Source of the DNA: a virus
Length of the DNA stretch: 58,606 nucleotides
Reading direction: 5' to 3' (one strand)
Virus record (IMG/VR): IMGVR_UViG_3300043478_000020
Location: 1-58,606 of that record
Shown: positions 25,743-34,853 of the stretch, one piece after another
How the letters are laid out: every line of letters starts with the position of its first letter
Numbering within the stretch: the stretch's first letter is position 1
The notes under the pieces: model-generated
Told to the model about the DNA's origin: nothing
Databases searched by the model: none
Seen by the model: only the letters and a program-made list of their open reading frames with translations
Position numbers and translations under genes: made by a program

Positions 25743-26488
25743 TGCTGAACCTGTTTAAACTCTTAGGTGGTCCGTGGGAGGATGTGCGGCAAGGTCTTCA
25801 AGACGACCTTGAGCACATTGAAGCGGCGATTAACCAGTTCTATACCCAGACCTTTGACCGGGATGGGAAACTCCAGACCGACATGATGGGGGATGTACTG
25901 CTGACCAACCTCCCAGACCTCAATGCCTCGGAGTTGTTGGGCAGAGGGTCGGGGAGTGCGGGTAGCCCAGAACCCATTACTGTTGGCGCGAACCTGCTGA
26001 TGTCTGGACGAACGTTATCCGCAACAGGCGGGGTAACGTCTACAACCCTAGTCGCAGGCTATCCCGGTCGTGATGGGCGAGACGGACGTTCACAACTCCA
26101 GATTACCCCTGCCCCGACTTCTTACGGCACCTTTGGTCTAACGATTGACGGCGCTGGAGCGGCGATTACGACAGGTGTGAAGGGGTTTCTAAGTGTGCCC
26201 TACGACTGCACTATCACCAGTGCGACGTTGCTTTCAACTGATGCCGCAGCCACGGCTGGCAATATCGTGATTGATGTGTGGAAGGATCTGTATGCGAACT
26301 ATCCGCCCACAGTTGCCGATACCATCACCGCGAGTGCGAAACCTACGCTCTCTAGTGCGTCGAGTTCGGTTGATACTACGCTCACTGGTTGGACAAAGTC
26401 TATCAAAGCGGGGGATGTACTGGGGTTTAACGTAGACTCTGCGGCAACGGTCACTCGCGTCACCCTAATGTTAGGAGTGCGCCGATGA
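25742..26488 (+). CDS. tail-fibre/receptor-binding-like protein
   Basis: The LLGRGSGSAGSPEPITVGANLLMSGRTL motif resembles N-terminal motifs I recognise from phage tail fibre proteins. Confidence 0.4.
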   Translation: MLNLFKLLGGPWEDVRQGLQDDLEHIEAAINQFYTQTFDRDGKLQTDMMGDVLLTNLPDLNASELLGRGSGSAGSPEPITVGANLLMSGRTLSATGGVTSTTLVAGYPGRDGRDGRSQLQITPAPTSYGTFGLTIDGAGAAITTGVKGFLSVPYDCTITSATLLSTDAAATAGNIVIDVWKDLYANYPPTVADTITASAKPTLSSASSSVDTTLTGWTKSIKAGDVLGFNVDSAATVTRVTLMLGVRR

Positions 26489-27171
26489 TTTACCGTCCCA
26501 GTAACTACGTGACGGCGCACTCGACAGGTGGAGCCACGACCTTAACTACCACAGGGTTCACAACCACTACTGGTAGTTGCCTCGTCGTCATGGTCTTTGC
26601 CTTTGCGAATACCATTGGCGCAACCCCCGTTACGGATAGTAAGAGCAATACGTGGACAGCGGCTATCGCGTCCGTTGGTACAACTCAGGGTTGGGGTGCG
26701 ATGTTCTATGCCAAGAACTGTACAGGCGGTGCATCCCATACCTTTACTTTTACACCCTCGTCGTCTGACTTTATCTCGATGGCGGTATATGAGATTCCGG
26801 GAGCAGATTTAACCAGTCCCTTGAACGGCACAAACTCGTCTATCTCTAACTCCACGACCCACGCATCAGGCACCATTACCGCAGGAGCGGTGCCGGAAGT
26901 ATTTATTGGTGGTGGGGCGCTCTCTAGGGGTGCAGAGGCGACTCCTGTGGTCGTGACGGCCGACTTAGAGTGGTTTCCTCAGACTCAGTTAGCCTCAAGT
27001 GCGGTCGTGGAGGGGTTGGCAACTGCCCACTATCTTGCGGAAGCAGGGGCCGTCAAACAGTTCACCTTTACGACCGCCTCAGCTTTTGCTGAAGCGTGTT
27101 TGATTGCTGGATTCAAGCAAGCCGCATCAGCCCCGGCGAATACTGAGACGGTCTCGTTCATCGTCACATAA
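26485..27171 (+). CDS. putative virion protein (228 aa)
   Basis: ORF track entry. Translationally coupled within the tail gene run. Confidence 0.45.
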   Translation: MIYRPSNYVTAHSTGGATTLTTTGFTTTTGSCLVVMVFAFANTIGATPVTDSKSNTWTAAIASVGTTQGWGAMFYAKNCTGGASHTFTFTPSSSDFISMAVYEIPGADLTSPLNGTNSSISNSTTHASGTITAGAVPEVFIGGGALSRGAEATPVVVTADLEWFPQTQLASSAVVEGLATAHYLAEAGAVKQFTFTTASAFAEACLIAGFKQAASAPANTETVSFIVT

Positions 27172-27183
27172 AGGAATAGAGTT

Positions 27184-27519
27184 ATGGCAGGCACATTAAA
27201 GCGGATTGCGGGGCCAGCGTATATCGCGAATTCGGCAACCAATATCTATACACCCCCGGCATCGACCATCTATACCGTCATTCGGCATATCCATGTCGCG
27301 AACGTGACAGGATCTGTGGCGACCTTCTCATTGTATGTGGGGGCGACAGGGGGGTCATCGGGCGGAACGGAACTGTTTAAGGCGTTCGCAGTTGCCGCGA
27401 ACAGCACCTACGACTGGTATGGAGAGTTACTCATGCTTTCGACTGATTTCCTCAGTGGATTGGCGAGTGCAGGTTCGACCTTGACTATTCTGGTCGAAGG
27501 TGAGCAAGGTGTGGTCTAA
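27184..27519 (+). CDS. putative virion protein (111 aa)
   Basis: ORF track entry. Confidence 0.45.
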   Translation: MAGTLKRIAGPAYIANSATNIYTPPASTIYTVIRHIHVANVTGSVATFSLYVGATGGSSGGTELFKAFAVAANSTYDWYGELLMLSTDFLSGLASAGSTLTILVEGEQGVV

Positions 27520-27542
27520 ATAGGCTAAAATAAGGATACCCA

Positions 27543-28703
27543 ATGGCGTATGATACTTACGGTAACTGGACAGACGATACCATGCAGCAAGGGCAGCAGA
27601 AGCCCCCGCAGCCCGTAGGTCCGACAGCGCAGTCGCAGTGGTCGCCCACTCCTGCGTATGGACAGCCGGGATTTGGGCAACCACCGGGGTATCTACCACA
27701 ACCAAATATTGGTATTACTGATCCGGGGCAAGGGTCGAATAAAGGTAACTGGGTAGAAGAATCTAGACTTGGTCAGTATCCAGAGTACCGGATGCCACAG
27801 ACATATCCAGTAGATCCCCACGAATGGGACTACAACACGCAAACAGGGGGTCCAGGGGCGGGAGCACTTGGGGGTGGTGTGCCGTTCGTTATTGATGACA
27901 ACCGTCCACCCCTCTATGACAAGAATGGTCAACCGATACCTGACACGGGCGGTAGAGGATATATACCACCCCCTATGACCCTACCGCAGTCAGGACCACA
28001 GGATGGCAACTATCAAGCCTGGGTTCAGGCGTTACTAGGCGGCAGCAACAACGCGAAAACCACGCTGACTGGCCATCAAGCGGAGTTAGAGGCAGCAGGG
28101 TTTCATGTGACCCCCGCTAACGCTAAAGGGGATAGAACTAAGATTCAACTCCCGACTGGTGAATGGGTCAGAGTCATTGGTAACGGAGAAGGCAAACCTG
28201 TGTGGAATGTGCAAGGGAATCAATCGATGAATGCCAGTCTGACACGACCTTTCGGTTCGGGGATTGATACGGATAAATCCAACCAACTCTACGAGATGTT
28301 GATGAATAGGGCTGGTCAGGGGTTGAACGTCAACCGCAATGATCCGGTGATTCGTGCGCAGACGGATGCGTATGGTGCAACGCAGGAGCGATCACGGCGC
28401 AGTTACCTTCAGGACTTGGCTGAGTCGGGTGGCCCGAATGCCAACATCTCGGCTGAACGGCGAGCATCGGCTGAAAAGGTTGGACAGAATACGGCTGGGT
28501 TCGAGGGCGTGCTGATGCAGCATGAACTAGATGCGCGTCGGCAGGAGATTGAATCGGCACTGTCTGGTGCCTACGGGTTGTTGACCGCTGAACAGCAGAT
28601 GGCGCTTCAGGAAGAACTCCAGCAAATGTCGCTGGCGCAGAATGCGTATCAATACGATACCACGCAGCAGTACTTGAACTCGCCGTTAGCCCCCGGAGCA
28701 TAA
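27543..28703 (+). CDS. Gln/Pro/Gly-rich protein, putative internal virion/ejection protein
   Basis: 386 aa with a low-complexity N-terminal half. Assigned by position before the other large low-complexity proteins. Confidence 0.4.
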   Translation: MAYDTYGNWTDDTMQQGQQKPPQPVGPTAQSQWSPTPAYGQPGFGQPPGYLPQPNIGITDPGQGSNKGNWVEESRLGQYPEYRMPQTYPVDPHEWDYNTQTGGPGAGALGGGVPFVIDDNRPPLYDKNGQPIPDTGGRGYIPPPMTLPQSGPQDGNYQAWVQALLGGSNNAKTTLTGHQAELEAAGFHVTPANAKGDRTKIQLPTGEWVRVIGNGEGKPVWNVQGNQSMNASLTRPFGSGIDTDKSNQLYEMLMNRAGQGLNVNRNDPVIRAQTDAYGATQERSRRSYLQDLAESGGPNANISAERRASAEKVGQNTAGFEGVLMQHELDARRQEIESALSGAYGLLTAEQQMALQEELQQMSLAQNAYQYDTTQQYLNSPLAPGA

Positions 28704-28712
28704 GGATCACCC

Positions 28713-30002
28713 ATGGCACTAGCACCGAACGAAATGCTTCCTCCCGACTTTGCGGAATTTGCAGGTCGCGCCGGGTATCAGGTGGAGACGGATGGCAGGG
28801 TCTATACCTCGACTGGAGGAAAGAAGTCCTATGTTCCGCCGTGGGTGGTGTGGCAGAACTCTACATCCGGTAAAGACCCTGTCACGGGCCAACTGACCCC
28901 AGACGGCATGGCTCACCGTATTCCCGGCAGCGACCCCAATTCCGTCTGGCACTTCATGTACGAGAATGGTGGGCCGTTTCGCAAAGGCTCACAGTGGGAT
29001 ACTGAAAAGGGTACCTATAAGGGGAGTATCGACTGGGGCACTCTTCTAGGGACCATTGCGGCTGGTGGGCTGATTGGAGCAGGGATTGCCGGGGCAGCGA
29101 CAGGAGGTAGTGTCGCTGCTGGTGGAGGTAGTACAGGTGGCAGTGCGGCTGGTGGGTTGGCGTCAACCAGTGCTGGAGTGCCCGCACTAGGCACCCTTCC
29201 GACAGTCACAGCCAGTGGGATGGTTCCTGCTGCACTAGGTGTTGGTGAGGGTATTGGACTTGCTGGAGTAGGAGCGGGAGTCACAGAAGCAGGACTCGCA
29301 GGAACTGAAGGGGCTGCGACGACAGGATTGACGGCAGGAGTACTTCCCGGTGAAGTCGGATCAACCATGGGCATCGGTGACGCTGTCGCGGGAGGACTAC
29401 TGCCTTCTAGCACAATCACACCAACCATGGGTTCGTTAGCTCCTACCGTTGCGCCGAGTGGGGCAGTTCCGGCAGGGGTGAGCACTGGTAGTGGCCTTAT
29501 GAGCGGCTCTACTATGAGTAAGATCAGTGATATCGCGGGTTTAGCCGGTAAAGGTATTGGTTCCGCCACTCAAGCAGCGGGCGAAACCCAGTTAACCAAT
29601 GCCAAGTTGGGATTGGATGCGAATGGTCAGAACATCCAAGGTCAGAATGCCTTTGAGAACCAGTTGATGGCCCGTGCCAAGAAGGAGCAGGAGGATCGCA
29701 AGAACGCTCTGGCGAACATCTACCGCTCCAGCATGGCTGCGAATCCTCGTGTCAGTCCGTATAATATTGTGGGTGCGCCGAAGTATAGTCAGGACTATCT
29801 TGATGCCCTAAACACGACCGCTGCTCAAGGCAAGGATCAGATTAACGCCCCGTTGCAGTATGGATCGAATACGTTACCGCCGTTGGTTCCGTACAAACCT
29901 TATAAACCCGACACCGATCCCTCTACGATGCAGACGATTGGTAACTGGCTGTCCCCGACCCTGAGCACCATTGGCGCGATTGCCAAGCTGTACGGAAAGT
30001 GA
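28713..30002 (+). CDS. Gly/Ala-rich protein, putative internal virion/ejection protein
   Basis: 429 aa with a long AGGLIGAGIAGAATGG...GLAGVGAGV region. Confidence 0.4.
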   Translation: MALAPNEMLPPDFAEFAGRAGYQVETDGRVYTSTGGKKSYVPPWVVWQNSTSGKDPVTGQLTPDGMAHRIPGSDPNSVWHFMYENGGPFRKGSQWDTEKGTYKGSIDWGTLLGTIAAGGLIGAGIAGAATGGSVAAGGGSTGGSAAGGLASTSAGVPALGTLPTVTASGMVPAALGVGEGIGLAGVGAGVTEAGLAGTEGAATTGLTAGVLPGEVGSTMGIGDAVAGGLLPSSTITPTMGSLAPTVAPSGAVPAGVSTGSGLMSGSTMSKISDIAGLAGKGIGSATQAAGETQLTNAKLGLDANGQNIQGQNAFENQLMARAKKEQEDRKNALANIYRSSMAANPRVSPYNIVGAPKYSQDYLDALNTTAAQGKDQINAPLQYGSNTLPPLVPYKPYKPDTDPSTMQTIGNWLSPTLSTIGAIAKLYGK

Positions 30003-30008
30003 GAACGC

Positions 30009-31334
30009 ATGGCTGATTACTACAACGCTCCCGGTGCTGCCGCAACTGATGGGATGAATCAGTATCTGATTCAACAGGCGGCATTAAAGCGTCAAGACTT
30101 GCTCGATCGTATCGCCACGGCACGCGAGGACCGCCAAGCGAAGGAACAAGAGCAAGAGATGCAGCTGCGCCGAGACGAACTCAACGAGCGTCGGATCGAA
30201 CGCATGGCGTTGATTCATGAGCGGGAGAATAAGGATAAGGAAGCAGCAGTCGAGAAGCAGAAGGCCGCACACGAGAAGACCCTCTCCAACATGGTTCCCG
30301 GCGATATCATGACCCCGGATATGTCGAAGAACGATGTGGCATTCACGGGCGGGCAAATGAGTACCGACCCTAAGCAGGGGTTGAAGAACTTTATGGCAAC
30401 CCTTCCGGCTGGGAGTCCAGAACAGCTAGGGGTGCAAGCGCAAACAGTCGGACCCCGTATTTTCATGGGCAATCGCGTAGACCGGGAGAATGCGGCTGCG
30501 AAGGAGCATCTGGATAACTATATCCTCCGTTTACCGCCCAACAGTGTGGCGCGGAAAGTTGCGGAAGCAAAACGTGAAGGTGTCACACTCACGGCTGCGG
30601 ATTTGAAACTCGACAACCCTGCGACCACAGAAAATGAGCATCTCTATTCCTATAACCCTATCTCTGGGAAATATACCGACACAGAGACGGGTCAGGTTGT
30701 ATCTTCTGTGCCGAAGGGTTCGATTATTCAACGTATGGCCGAACCAAAGGATCATACCGCTTCTGACAACGCAAACAAGGATAGGGATCAGCGGACTCTG
30801 CTTGGCATTCAGGAACATGCCTATACTGAGTTAAATAAGCGTGCGGCACCTATCGAGGAACAGATCAACAACCTGAATAAACTGGATACATCCCTCGCAC
30901 AGAACTCAAATATCGCCGACTCTACCATCGCGGAGCAAGTCATTAAGATTACTGCTGGTGGTACGGGGTCTGGGGTACGAATCACTCAACCTGAGATTGA
31001 TCAGGTGCTGAAGCGTACCAGAACCAAGTGGGCAGACTTGGAAGTGGCATTCAATAAGTGGGGTGGTGATCCGAATGCACCACTCATTCTGAATACTGAT
31101 CAAAAACAGGGATTACGAGAATTGATGAAGGCCATTCGTCTTAAAGCGAACAACCTCCACAAGAAAATAATCACCGCACGCCACGAGATTGACGATGCCA
31201 AGACACCTGATGAGGTAAAGGCTGCACGTACTCGGAGTGAAGAAGCACTATATGCCGGGGGTAGTGATTCGGGTGGAGCGGGCGGCAAGGATATCGAATA
31301 CGACATGAACGGGAAGGTCATCAGTGGCCGATAA
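30009..31334 (+). CDS. coiled-coil protein, putative internal virion protein
   Basis: 441 aa with a charged heptad-like N-terminal region (QAKEQEQEMQLRRDELNERRIERM). Confidence 0.4.
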   Translation: MADYYNAPGAAATDGMNQYLIQQAALKRQDLLDRIATAREDRQAKEQEQEMQLRRDELNERRIERMALIHERENKDKEAAVEKQKAAHEKTLSNMVPGDIMTPDMSKNDVAFTGGQMSTDPKQGLKNFMATLPAGSPEQLGVQAQTVGPRIFMGNRVDRENAAAKEHLDNYILRLPPNSVARKVAEAKREGVTLTAADLKLDNPATTENEHLYSYNPISGKYTDTETGQVVSSVPKGSIIQRMAEPKDHTASDNANKDRDQRTLLGIQEHAYTELNKRAAPIEEQINNLNKLDTSLAQNSNIADSTIAEQVIKITAGGTGSGVRITQPEIDQVLKRTRTKWADLEVAFNKWGGDPNAPLILNTDQKQGLRELMKAIRLKANNLHKKIITARHEIDDAKTPDEVKAARTRSEEALYAGGSDSGGAGGKDIEYDMNGKVISGR

Positions 31335-33006
31335 CGAAGGCAAAGTCGTCATCGTAGACAACGACGGTAATCGTCATATCTTCCCAGCCGGGTTCGACCC
31401 CGTCAAGGCTGGGATGATTGTGCGCGGGCAAACGTCAACGGTGAAACCCGTGGATTTAAGTAAAGAGCCTCAGACATATTGGGGTGGGTTTGCGAAAGGC
31501 GCGTTAGAAGGGTCGATTGGCGGGGCCAAGGGGTTTGCCAAAGGGATTGTTCCCGGTCTTGCACATGGCGTGGCCGATATCGCCACCCTACCGCTATCCA
31601 TTGCCAAGGCCGGTGCAAATGCCGTGGTGGGTGGGATTCATCTCGTGCAAGACCCCGAGAAGACGATAGCCGGAGTCGGAGAGACGTTCAGTAAGATTCC
31701 CGGTCAGATCGCCGATGCCTATCATTCAGCTATTGACCTTGCTGGTAGAGACCCTGAAGCGTTCGGTAATGCCGTGGGCGACATGACCGGCAGAACCATG
31801 GTCGGCATTGCCGCATCGAAAGCGGCCCCCCTTGTTCCCCGCCCCATCGCTCGCACTGTGGGGGAGAAACTCTCGACCTATGGCAAGAAGGCTGAACTCC
31901 CCATGTTCCTGGTTGGGGGCCACCAGATTGCCTCTGGCAACATCCTAGGTGGGATGGGCACCATGGCTGTTCCCAGCTTAATGAAGGGCACAGGAACCAA
32001 GCTGAGTGCCTTCGGCGAGAACGACCCCGGCTGGTCGGATGCGATTATCAGCCGATTCAAGGGTGAGCCGAAGAATCTCGCTAAGACTCGTGTGCCTAGC
32101 GAGACTACGGTTGTTGGTGAGAAACCAGTCGTGCGGATTGTCTCTAACGGGGGTAAGACGGTGTCTCCCGAACCGCCTGAAAACGACCTATATCGCACCT
32201 ACAAGGAAGCTAGCACTCCTGCCGACAAGTTCAACCCGCACGAACTGAGAACAGCCAAGGAAGCGGCCAAAGCAGCGGAAAACCAAGCCAGACTGGATAA
32301 AATTGCTCAAAGTCGTGAAGGGATGGAGGCGACGAAACCTTCCATCAGTGAAAGCGTATCGGCCAAGACGCCCGAAGGTGGTCGTACCTCTATGTCTACC
32401 CGTTACCGGCTACCTGAGGAAGAGGTTCCAGGGGGTATCGACGGGTTGACGGCTGCTGAAAACGCCATGATTGACAAACAGTTGGCTGGGAACGACCCCA
32501 AGGTCATTGCGTCTGTTAAGGCTAACTTCTTGCAACAGAAGCAGGGGGCAGCACCTAAAGTCATCGATAACCCCCTACAGCCTGTCAGAATCGCCCCTAC
32601 AGGGGCTGTACCGACTGTCAAGCCCCCAGCCCCTACCCCGGCAGTCGCCTCTCCTAGCGTCTCTGTGAAGGCTCCAGGGGAGATTAGTGCTACGATCATA
32701 GGGGAGTCGAGGGTTAACCCGATTGACCAGGAATTGGCGGCACGAGCGGTGAAGGCACCGAAAGTGCCGATTAAGGATGTGCCAGTCAGCAAGTCTCGGC
32801 GTTCGCCACGGTCTACCATCAACCCCGGGTTGACCTTGGACGAAGAAGCGGAGTTGTTCGGGGGCGGGCCAGTGTTCAAAGTGAATGAACTGTCGCAGGA
32901 GGTCTTGCAGAAGTTGATGGAGCGTCGGGCGGCTAGAGCCGCTGCCTACCGAACCAACGCTGGAATGGATGCGGGTGCCACTCGTGCCATGGAAAGAGAA
33001 CCGTGA
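31324..33006 (+). CDS. putative internal virion protein (560 aa)
   Basis: Gly-rich amphipathic N-terminal part (GGFAKGALEGSIGGAKGFAKGIVPG) and a Pro-rich C-terminal half. Confidence 0.4.
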   Translation: MADNEGKVVIVDNDGNRHIFPAGFDPVKAGMIVRGQTSTVKPVDLSKEPQTYWGGFAKGALEGSIGGAKGFAKGIVPGLAHGVADIATLPLSIAKAGANAVVGGIHLVQDPEKTIAGVGETFSKIPGQIADAYHSAIDLAGRDPEAFGNAVGDMTGRTMVGIAASKAAPLVPRPIARTVGEKLSTYGKKAELPMFLVGGHQIASGNILGGMGTMAVPSLMKGTGTKLSAFGENDPGWSDAIISRFKGEPKNLAKTRVPSETTVVGEKPVVRIVSNGGKTVSPEPPENDLYRTYKEASTPADKFNPHELRTAKEAAKAAENQARLDKIAQSREGMEATKPSISESVSAKTPEGGRTSMSTRYRLPEEEVPGGIDGLTAAENAMIDKQLAGNDPKVIASVKANFLQQKQGAAPKVIDNPLQPVRIAPTGAVPTVKPPAPTPAVASPSVSVKAPGEISATIIGESRVNPIDQELAARAVKAPKVPIKDVPVSKSRRSPRSTINPGLTLDEEAELFGGGPVFKVNELSQEVLQKLMERRAARAAAYRTNAGMDAGATRAMEREP

Positions 33007-33448
33007 ACTGCTAATGGCAAGGAAAATACCCTTCGTCAGAGGACTCATTGTTAGCCCCCTAGTGGCGATGTATGTGGTGTTCTCGACCACGGCGTTGGTC
33101 GCTCAAGGGGCTATCCCCACGATCACCACATCCGATCCTATCTCTGAGTATCTGACGAAGGGCGGATCATATGCCGTCATCGCTCTGCTGCTGTACTTCT
33201 ACCGCCGCGACTGGGCGAATGCCTTGGATGTATCGAAGAATAGCGTGGAGATGCTTACTCGGATTGTTGAAGGATCAACGAAGGCACAAACTGAATCAGC
33301 CCTTGCCATTACTGCTTCAACGGCTGCGGTGAACATCTCCACATCAGCGACCAATTCCAATACCGTGGCCCTAAACCTACTGATCAATCGGCTCGATCGC
33401 AGTGCGTTTAAGGCTCCGCACATTCCCGGTCGTGAATCTTCATCGTAA
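32969..33448 (+). CDS. two-TM membrane protein, holin candidate (start may be ATG 33014)
   Basis: Hydrophobic segments LIVSPLVAMYVVFSTTALVA and SYAVIALLLYFY. Last gene of the + strand block. Its 3-prime end overlaps the convergent gene by 41 nt. Confidence 0.35.
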   Translation: MRVPLVPWKENRELLMARKIPFVRGLIVSPLVAMYVVFSTTALVAQGAIPTITTSDPISEYLTKGGSYAVIALLLYFYRRDWANALDVSKNSVEMLTRIVEGSTKAQTESALAITASTAAVNISTSATNSNTVALNLLINRLDRSAFKAPHIPGRESSS

Positions 33449-34010
33449 GCAACATTTCATGGACTGAGTCTACTCGCGTTGCCTGGGTGTTGCAGTCTGC
33501 ATTCCACGACCGATTCATCATGAACATACGAGTCTCTGGCGACTGCTGCATCACGTCGTCGGCATTCTCATCGTTGTCGTCAATATAACAATCCAGCCCC
33601 AGTACTTTAGCCGCCAGCCCCTTCTCAGGAGTAATCAATACTGTTGGTCGCACCTGAAACCCGCAGTGCTTCAGCCACATCTCAGTCTGCGCCTTGACCT
33701 TGACCCCAGATCGACAGGTGATGAAGTAGATATCGTCACCTTTGGCTTCTCGTGTGGTGAGGCGGTAGATGTCGTCTACCGCAGTTGGATACGGCTCTAA
33801 CGTGACCCAGAACCTATCCCACGACCTCATCGTAGCGTACGCGGCTGCTGCCTCCTGTGCCGTATAGCCAAACTCAGTGATCCACTCCCAACACGGAAAT
33901 ACGACTGGAGTTGGTACAGGGCAGGGTCGCCCTGTAGAAGTCACCAGCAGTCGAAGGAAAGCGTTGCTCCAGTCTGCCAAAACACCATCAACGTCGATAC
34001 CTATACGCAC
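33408..34010 (-). CDS. 5-prime(3-prime)-deoxyribonucleotidase (HAD superfamily, NT5C-like)
   Basis: N-terminal MRIGIDVDGVLADW (DxDGVL nucleophile motif), a size of 200 aa, and C-terminal YIDDN. Confidence 0.7.
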   Translation of the reverse strand: MRIGIDVDGVLADWSNAFLRLLVTSTGRPCPVPTPVVFPCWEWITEFGYTAQEAAAAYATMRSWDRFWVTLEPYPTAVDDIYRLTTREAKGDDIYFITCRSGVKVKAQTEMWLKHCGFQVRPTVLITPEKGLAAKVLGLDCYIDDNDENADDVMQQSPETRMFMMNRSWNADCNTQATRVDSVHEMLLTMKIHDRECAEP

Positions 34011-34019
34011 AAATGCCTC

Positions 34020-34457
34020 CTATTGGTTAGCGAGTCTGGCTTTGATGTACTCGACTTGATTGATGTTGAAGTACGTGGCACTGGCGTGATCCTCGTCTTG
34101 CTCTCCCGCCAGCCATTGCTCAAAGTGCCGCACTGCGGACTCTCTGGCACGGTCTAACTCAGCTTCTCCTGCTGCCAGCATCCAGTTGCGCTTGGCATAC
34201 TTAACCGCACCCTTGGTCAAATGGATGGCCCAGCGTTTCAGCATGGGACCGTCACGGGTCAGTAGGTAATTGATCTTGCCTTCGTCAGTGTCCCGAACCA
34301 TACCGCCATCAAATTGTTTGCGCTGGCCTGAGTCTTTAATCGTGAAGACAGTAGGCGTGCATTGTGTCTGTATCATGGCCCCACGTCTCGCTGCGCACAG
34401 TAGATTCTCACACTGATGTCCTTCTTCGGGGTCACATCCACAGGGCTGACAACTCAT
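34020..34457 (-). CDS. MazG-like all-alpha dNTP pyrophosphohydrolase (DUF5664 / dATP-dGTP diphosphohydrolase-like)
   Basis: DSGQRKQFDGGMVRDTDEGK...LTKGAVKYAKRNW...AVRHFEQWLAGEQDEDHASATYFN matches the family pattern as I remember it. Has an extra Cys-rich N-terminus. Confidence 0.5.
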   Translation of the reverse strand: MSCQPCGCDPEEGHQCENLLCAARRGAMIQTQCTPTVFTIKDSGQRKQFDGGMVRDTDEGKINYLLTRDGPMLKRWAIHLTKGAVKYAKRNWMLAAGEAELDRARESAVRHFEQWLAGEQDEDHASATYFNINQVEYIKARLANQ

Positions 34458-34460
34458 AAG

Positions 34461-34853
34461 TTAGCTCTCCAATCTCAGAATACTCACAGGGGTGGCGGCA
34501 TACACCGAGAGAAATACATCGTAATCCCAGATCGTGGCATCCGTGTCGATGATCAGCCCTTCTTTGAGGACAACCAAATGATCAGTATGCCAACGATCAC
34601 TACGCACCGCAAGAACTCCCATATCGGCATCAAGATCCCCCAATTTCCTACTCCACACCAGTTTACGTTGCAATCGTCGTGCCGCTGCTTTCACCTGTCG
34701 GATCGTCGCGCCTTCGGTAATGACGTGATGGGTAAAGGCAATCAGCACATCCTCGTAAGCAAGACCAAATAGCATTGCCAGACACGCCACCGCACAATCC
34801 ATATGATGCCGCTGGGGTACGACCTGTAGAAATGGCGTATGCGCGGTGCTCAC
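34461..34853 (-). CDS. papain-like cysteine peptidase (C39-like domain)
   Basis: HHMDCAVACLAMLFG (Cys), HTDHLVVL (His) and IIDTD (Asp), in the order expected for C39-type peptidases. Confidence 0.5.
   Translation of the reverse strand: MSTAHTPFLQVVPQRHHMDCAVACLAMLFGLAYEDVLIAFTHHVITEGATIRQVKAAARRLQRKLVWSRKLGDLDADMGVLAVRSDRWHTDHLVVLKEGLIIDTDATIWDYDVFLSVYAATPVSILRLES

Noticed and set aside
34020-34457. Z-genome (2-aminoadenine) biosynthesis, suggested by the MazZ-like pyrophosphohydrolase.
   Set aside because: No PurZ (adenylosuccinate-synthetase-like) or DatZ (HD-domain dATPase) candidate is recognisable in the window, so the specific Z-base hypothesis is not supported.
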